Source of the DNA: Saccostrea echinata
Lineage: Eukaryota
Direction: 5' to 3'
DNA: 64,000 bases
NCBI RefSeq assembly: GCF_033153115.1
Contig: NW_026889800.1
Coordinates: 6,510,001 to 6,574,000, forward strand
Positions 56,341 through 64,000 of this stretch are shown here, piece after piece (positions within the stretch are counted from its first letter, which is position 1; each line of letters opens with the position of its first letter). A program made the translations under genes and the position numbers. The notes beneath the pieces were generated by a model. It was given only the letters and a program-made list of their open reading frames with translations, did no database searches and had not been told where the DNA came from.

Positions 56341-58223
56341 TATGTACATGTAACAGGGTCAATTAACCTATGTGTACCTATAATTGTATATATCAAATAA
56401 AGAAGCAAACCTTACATCGGTCTCATTATTATACAGTACCAGACTGAGTTTAAAGTCCATCCCAAGACCCCGGTTTACATTAATTCTAAATTGTTCAAGT
56501 CATACATGCCCAACCACCCCGACCCACCTCTGCTGGGTGGGGCCACAATTATATGAGATCAAAGTTTTACATTGAAAGATATGTGAACAAATTTTCTCAA
56601 GAACAACAGGGCCATGTGATGATATCAGTATGCAAACATGCATACATTGAAAGATATGTGAACAAGTCTTCTTCTCAAGAACAACAGGGCCATGTGATAA
56701 GTGATATCAGTATGCAAACATGCATCCCAGGGATTCTAGTTTGCTTATAAGTCATAGATGTAAATGAAAGTTGGAGATCTTTTAAAAACTGAAGGCCCGT
56801 GTCCATCTAGTTTGCTTAAGTCGTGCATGTAAATGAAAGTTGCAGATCTTTTTAAAAGCTGAAGATCCGTGTCATGTCAGGTGCTGGCATGCTAAAGAAC
56901 CCTCACTGTTCAATGGCTCTGAGTGCCAAGTAAATTGAAGTCCTTTGCCCGTATTTGATGACATATTATACATATATGTGAAAAAATTTTGCAAGAGACG
57001 TTACGTAACTTTCAAACAATCAAGCAATCAGTTTTGGACATAAAGATGGGGAAACTATCAGAAGAACGTCAAGGCCAGGGTTACTCAGGTTAGCTTTGTG
57101 GTCCATGGGCCTCTGTTTTAACAATATGTAGATACATGTAACTGAAATATATGTCATGTAAAATGTTCACCCAAAGGATATGATTTTTTAATGAACAACA
57201 ATAGCTATAACATGAACTCGTACACATTTAGACCGGAGTCTAATTATGCACTGTCTATTACTTCCTTACAGTTTGTTTTCCTCGTTGGCATAATTTTGGA
57301 AACTTACTTTAAACAGCATATCTAGGTCCTTTTCTCCCCCCCCCCCCCCCAATTTTCCCATAATGAGTTGAAATTCGAATACGCATATGATTTATGATAC
57401 AATTTTTAAAATAGATTGGACATTGATTCCATTCTTCCACAAAAATCAGAGGACAAATATTTCAAGTTTATCTTTGTCATGTGAGAAAAGTACAAGAATA
57501 TACAAGTGTAAAAGATTATATTGAGTCCTTACAGGCTGGAGCCGTAAAGGAAGCCAGTTTTCTATAGTTATATATCGACAAATTTATTGTGGGACACCCC
57601 CCCCCCCCCCGGGCCGCGGTTCCTACTAGCTGCCCGCCCCCTTATTGTAACCAAACTTTCAGCAGAAACCTCAAATAATAAGGTTATCTAAAAAAATAAA
57701 TTTCTTTTTTAGATAATATATTCCTTTTATTTTAAACAAAGCACAAAATTATGGACTCACCACTGATTGGTCACATCCAACTCTGACACACAACTTCCAG
57801 ATACTTATGGTTATTGATTACTACGTTTGCAAAACAAATAAATTCAATCGATTCATTATCGTATTATGTGTTATAAATGATGAATTATGATGGGTTTTTC
57901 TTGTTTGATAGAAGCCAACAAATAGTTTGAACATACACATGTATCAATAATCTTACATGCATTGATTTTCGCGGGAAAAAAATAATGTACCGAGGAGGAT
58001 ATTGAATTTAAATCATGTATTTTCCTCGAAAAATTTATTTTGAAAATTTAAGTTGTTTTAAAGATGTTTCCATATTCCTTTTTTTATAAGAAAAAGAGAG
58101 AATCCCTCAAACTAATCAGGTTTATAGAAAAAAAGTATTCCTTATCACTTAAAAAAACCCCGACAAATAGTAGACACCTTGGGGATACCTTGTCATTTAT
58201 TCTTTCTTGCACCCCATTTTTTG

Positions 58224-58255
<32 letters not shown>

Positions 58256-59933
58256 TTAAAAAAGATGCTACGTGCCTTATTAAGATGTCATGTAATGAAG
58301 AAACAAGAAATCAGAAAAGAGCATTTTTTAGGTTCCCAGACCTGTAATTTTCTGAAACCCAATACTTTCAGGAATTGAACAAAATTTGCACGGGTCATGC
58401 AAAAATTCTATGTTTGTCAATTTTACCTGTTGTGCGTCACAGTGTCACTTAAAAATAATATTTTTTCAAAGTAAAATGATATAAAATTTGAAATTTGAAT
58501 TTGAATTTTACATAATTCTGGCAAATTCCTGGACAAAGACAGAGACATATACACAGGAATTGTAAAGAGCATATCTTTAGGAATTTATTAATTTTCTTAT
58601 TATTATAGCTTATGTTCGTGTTTGAAGACCTACAGCTGTAAGGTAGACTTGGTTCATTAATTTCATTATTTTGCTATATAGGAAAGATAACTCTTCACGA
58701 TGGTGAAAAGTATTTCAATTAAGGTTATAAGAGTTCCCTCCCTTTATACGTGTAAAGCATTAGTAATTCCATATTGTGAAATATTTATTTATGACACAAT
58801 GTGTATAATGATTCTTATGTATATCTATCATTATATTTTTATTGCACCATTCTAGTATTATTGTGTGTTTTATATTAATTTCAGAGCCAGTTGTTATATC
58901 ATATATAAATATTGAATCTACGAGAAAAATTGCTGATTTCTGAAAAACAGTTTGCTTGTGTTATTTATCCTTAAGTACATATCAGGAATTGAATATCACA
59001 CCTAACAAATCTTTTTATTAAGCGTCAAGGATGTTTTTTATCTATCTAGTATTTGATTAATTGCATGTAGAATTTTTAATGACAGTTAATGAAGAGTCGT
59101 ACAGCGAAACAGCCGATTAACAAATGCAGATTATTACTTTGCACAGTTTGGTGATAAATTATGCATTGATGATCTCTATCTATGAGGGAAAAAAAATGAA
59201 ATTTCGTCATTTATTTATTTATCTTTTTTTTTTAAACATTTTTATTCTTAAAACTTTTTTTGTCTGAAAAAAAAAATAAGTGTAGACACGTGCCTTTAGT
59301 GCCTAGCTTAAGGCATCTACGCCCCTTTCAGAATTATGTTGAAGGAAGAATTATCAGTCGTAAAGCAGCATGTTCTTTGACAGACTAAGAGAAGAAGTAA
59401 AAAAAAAGGGGGGGGGGCTTTCTCTAAATTTTCTCAAATACAATTATTTCCCACAAGATCTTCAAATTAGGTTTTCTTTTCACAATCAGAAACTACATGG
59501 CACCCCCCTCCCCGCCCTCATTTTTACCTGTGATTCCGTGAAGGAAGGGGTCAAAGGCGTCTTTGTCTCACGTCTCCGACCAAGGCCTCTCAAATGAAAA
59601 TCCTGGATCCGCCGTGGCAGTAGGGCTTTTATGAAATAAAGAAATGAATTTTGCATAAAGTACATGTACCTAATGTGCTTGAAAAAACTTATTCAACCAT
59701 TTTAAGATCAAATCCCGATAGCTATATTTACTGTGTACTTAATAAATATGTTTTTAAATATGGCTATTTATCTTTTTGTGGAGATTTCTGAGCATGAAAA
59801 AAGAAGCAATTAGTCATTGTAATCGTGAATCGCTGGAAGATCCGATGACAAAGAAATTATTGGTATTGATGTAGATGAAATTGTTGCTGGTGGCGAAATG
59901 TGGGTAAACATTCCAATTTAAAACTGAAACTAA

Positions 59934-62652
59934 ACAAATCTAGAGGTAATGTGAGCACTGAGCTCACAAAATGATACCCCGCCTCCCATATGATTATAAT
60001 GGCAAAGTCCATGTTTTGGTACGGGAGACCCGAAATAAGTGTCAGATCAAAAAGTAAAATAAGAGGTGCACAATAACATCATGTAATAAAGTTTCTCTGA
60101 AAGTATATCATTAAATTTTATTCAGTGGTATAGGGGGAGTTGCGGATAAGAGATGGGTACCCCTCAAAAATATAGAAAGAATGGCAGTTTCTGTTTTGCC
60201 ATTGCAAACCCGAAATATGTGTCCAATCAAAAAGTAAAATAGAAGGTGCACAATGCACCATGTAACAAAGATTCTGTGAAAGTCTCATTAAATTTCATTC
60301 AGTGGTATAGGAGGTGTTGCGGAAAAGATGTGTACCCAAAAGCGTAACGGACGGACGTTCACCTATGGAACGCCTTCACTGCCTTATAGCAGAACACTTT
60401 AATTGAATTGTGTCAACCTTACATTATATTTTGTCAACTCTTTATGGCGTTAGAATAAAAGTTTATTATGTGATGTGAAGATATCTTTACATTATTTCAA
60501 GTCTTTATTACGTGAGGTTAAATGTTCATTACGTGACGTAATGATGTGTTCACATCATGGCGATTCAGTGCTACATCAAGTCAAAGATTCTTAACTTTAT
60601 GTAAAAATTTATCTGTTTTAAGTCAACATAGCTATTATATTATGTCAACTCTTTATCAAATGTTCTTGAAAATTCATGACTTCTCTGAAAATACCTATAT
60701 TGTATCATCTTATCATTACATTATGTGAACTCTTTACTATGTGGTGCAAGTAGTTCATTACATTATGTGAATTTATCCTTATATCAATATCAAGTCTTTA
60801 TTATATGATGTCAGAATTTCATTACATGAAGTGAAAAAATGTTCACATATGGTCAATTCTTTACTACATTATGTTAATAATATGCTACATGATGGCGGAA
60901 ATCCATTACGTGATGTGATTTTGCCGTTACGTTTCGGCAAATCATTATTACGTTATGTCATTGTATCTTTACATTGTGCCAAAAGTGCGTAGCCTGTTGT
61001 CATCATATCTTATATTATTTCAACTCTTTGTGAGAAGTGAATAAATCTTTATACGATACAGAAAGTTTACTATATGAAGTTTGATAAAAATATCTTGGAT
61101 AGTTTCTTTAAAACTGAGCTTTGAACAGAGCTAAACGCAAAGTGTGACGGAAGGACAGACGGAATTGTTCTTTCATAAAAGTCTATTATTTCTAATCTTT
61201 CTACAAGACACTGTCCTTAGCTTTTTATCAGCTGTTAACCCTCCCTTTTTCCAATAAGTGTAAACTCCTCGTATAACGTGTGTGCGTGCTTTCTATGGCA
61301 CGAACATTTGGTTTAGGTGGGGGGGGGGGGGTGGAAGATTTTGGAAATAAATATTCTGGCCCTGGAATGTTTGGAAAAAGGACTGGATCACCCCAATCCC
61401 CCTCCCACAGGCCCGTAAGTAGCAATGGTTTCAAAGTGGGGAGGTGGGGGGCAACTTCCCAAAAAAATCTGACAAGAAAAAAAAAACCCTTAACTGACAA
61501 AAACGGGGGGGGGGGACTTCCCAAAATATTCTGACAAGCAACAAAAAGTGGGGGGGGGGGCAAACAGCATCTAAAGGTCAATTTACAACAGTAAAGTGCT
61601 ATACTCAGAAAAAAGTTGGGGACCGCAACCCCCACCCCCCCCCCCCCACCCCGCGTTCTACTGGGCCTGTCCCAGTAGCAAAAATGTAGTCGTCCACGTC
61701 CACTCTACACTCATTTGACGCAATTACGTCCTCTTTCAACAACACAAATGGAAAGATAAATTCACTGAAAACGTACCAAACATTTGTTATCACGTAATGA
61801 GTACTGACAATAAAGATGTTTTCACAATAAATATTTCGAGAGATACAGATTTGAAATAATGTAAATGTAATTTTACATCACGTTTAATGAACTTTTGGCA
61901 CCAACGTAATAAATGATTAACACAGTATGAAGATGATTTTACATCACACCAGAAAGAGTTAACATAACCTAACTATATATCCACATCATGGAATGGAGTT
62001 TTGACATCACGTAATAAAGTGCTGATATAATATAAAGATATGTTCATATTATGTAATTAACTTTTTCACACAACGTAATAAAGTATTGACATAACGTTAA
62101 GATATATTCACCTCACATCATCATGCTTTTGGCGTAATATAAAGATACATTCACATCATGTTATAATGCTTTGATATAATGTAAAGATACACTCACATCA
62201 AGAAATGGACTTTTGACCTAACGTAATGCTAAGCTTAATTACAGAATATACAATGTAATTATGTAAAGATATTTTTACTTTACACAATGCAGTTTTGACA
62301 TCACACAATAAGAAATGAAATGATGTAAAGAAACATTCATTTCACGTAATAAAGTTTTGACACAGTGTAAAAATATTTTCACTTCACATAATGAACTTCT
62401 GGTATCAAGTTATAAAGTGTTGACATAATGGAAGAATATATTTACTTCGTGTAATATAGTATTGACATAATGTTAAGATATTTTTACCTCACTTCATAAA
62501 AATTTGACATCACGTAAAGGTATGTTCACATCATGTAATGATAAGTTGACATAATGAATGTATAGTTTTAGCCTATAAGGCAGTGATGGCGTTCCATATT
62601 CACCCCTATCACTATACATCCCCGCTTTTCAAGCGGGAGGGGGGTATAATAA
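59934..62652 (+). mobile_element. HINE-like element (second family, two ~180-bp units) split by a nested insertion
   Basis: Repeat units ~60005-60345, ACGG microsatellite at ~60350, 3' hairpin ATCCCCGC...GCGGG..GGGGTATAA after the insertion. Confidence 0.6.
60364..62598. mobile_element. IS3EU-like non-autonomous DNA transposon
   Basis: TIR TATGGAACGCC(T/A)TCACTGCCTTATAG, 6-bp TSD TTCACC (60358-60363, 62599-62604); long inverted arms of degenerate TTACATTATGT-type repeats. Confidence 0.75.
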
Positions 62653-63202
62653 CAAAGTATGGATTGCTGACAACCATAAAAGAACAAAAATTCTTGCCAC
62701 AGGTGATCAGTCACTAGAGTCCCCCCTCCAGTTTTATACCTCCTTCCCTGGGCTGTACGCTTGTTATATGTATCATGAATTATATTTTTCTATTTTTCAT
62801 TTACAATATGATTCTTTACATTTTTGTTGATTTCGATACAGAATGTAACGCTATATATACTGTATTTTTGCTTAATTGATCCGGACTAGGGAAAGTTTTC
62901 TACCAAATTATTAGATATATTGGAGAGAAAAAGTGTTTCAAAATTCAAATCGGCATTGGAAAGAAGTTTCGGATGTTTTCGAAGTAAAATTATTTGAAGG
63001 CATTCTCTATGGTGACTTTAACTCCAATCTTGGCCATGGCTTTTCCAACTTCAATCTTGGCTTTTCCAAATTAAAGTTGGTAATTCCAACTTTAATCTTG
63101 GCTTTTCCAACTTTAAAGTTGGTAATTCCAACTTTAATCTCGACTGTTGTTTATCAGAACTGTAAAATAACTGCTTGTTGATATGAATGTCCAGTTTTTG
63201 TG

Positions 63203-63535
63203 TACTGTTACAGTAGCTAGATAGCTCAGCTGGTAGAGCACCTTACTAATGATTCAGGGAGCACAGGTTTTAATCCAGATCTTATCCATCATATTTTCTT
63301 TTTTCCTGTGACCATGCCCTGGATGTGACAGTTGAAAGACCTGCCAGGAAAGAACCTAGGTAAGTGTCTGTGGGAGTGAAGATCTTTAAGGAGAGAGGAA
63401 TGTAGGGGCTTGGCAGCTTGGTTAATTACCATTGACAAGATATGGCTCAGTTGGTAGAGCACCTCTCTAGTGATTCAGGGGGGCCCAGGTTCAAATTCTG
63501 GTCTGATCATTTACATTTTCCTCTTTCCTGTTACA
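63203..63535 (+). mobile_element. Ajax-like TRIM: two LTR-like repeats each with a tRNA-like A/B-box segment
   Basis: TAGCTCAGCTGGTAGAGCACC and TGGCTCAGTTGGTAGAGCACC heads; polypurine tract AAGGAGAGAGGAA directly before TGT at 63401; second repeat ends TGTTACA. Confidence 0.6.
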
Positions 63536-64000
63536 ATTGTATGATAAAGATTTCAGGTTTTTCTAGCAAGTTCACCAACATCAACATCTCTGGAAAACGG
63601 TGTATTTTCCTTTAACATAAATTACACATTTCAGTATTTCTTCATGTTTTTGAGAAGAATGCAACAGCTATACCCTTTCCCAAGGCACCTGCCTAGTAAC
63701 TACATGCACTGCATCAACCTTGCATTGGATAATAATTGTTGACCTCTCTGCCAGATTTTATTTTTAGAATGGAGAATGGTTTAAATAAACCCCATCCCCA
63801 TCGAATAAAAAAAATAACCTTGAAAAGATTTAAATTGATTAGATTTGTGTTCACTTGAATTATACCAATAATATGATAGCAATGTGAGGACCGGATAATA
63901 ATGATGAAACTACGTGTATGTATTCATGTATATTTCTGATTGTTGATTTATTAAATTTTTTTCATTGAAAAGTGTCTTGAAGAAAAAAATGGCTAATCAA

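Noticed and set aside
61228-61793. Pro/Gly-rich ORFs
   Set aside because: Arise from poly-G/C tracts of MITEs

Overview
AT-rich, intron-containing animal genomic DNA. The repeat content (Cg170/HindIII-like 166-bp satellite inside Helentron-type HINEs, Naiad-type Penelope remnants, bivalve-type tRNA SINEs) points to an oyster or other bivalve (inference). Five spliced genes were reconstructed by hand with phase-consistent GT-AG junctions: a 156-aa secreted, probably amidated neuropeptide precursor (3321-3872, +); a 6-exon secreted protein with two KR-flanked homologous domains and a Thr-rich linker (12934-16590, +); a 446-aa CARD + coiled-coil protein (26125-28756, +); SLC35E3 (31945-37488, +), whose intron 4 is U12-type; and, convergent with it, ZCRB1/U11-U12-31K (40760-51792, -). 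The most striking unexplained structure is that four ZCRB1 splice junctions, and one junction of the secreted-protein gene, have been tandemly amplified into arrays of decoy splice sites. The remainder is a dense, partly nested set of non-autonomous transposons (Kolobok-, IS3EU-, hAT/P-, Tc1-like, HINE, SINE, a truncated L1/Tx1 LINE, an Ajax-like tRNA-LTR TRIM). All family assignments are from recalled motifs; no searches were run.
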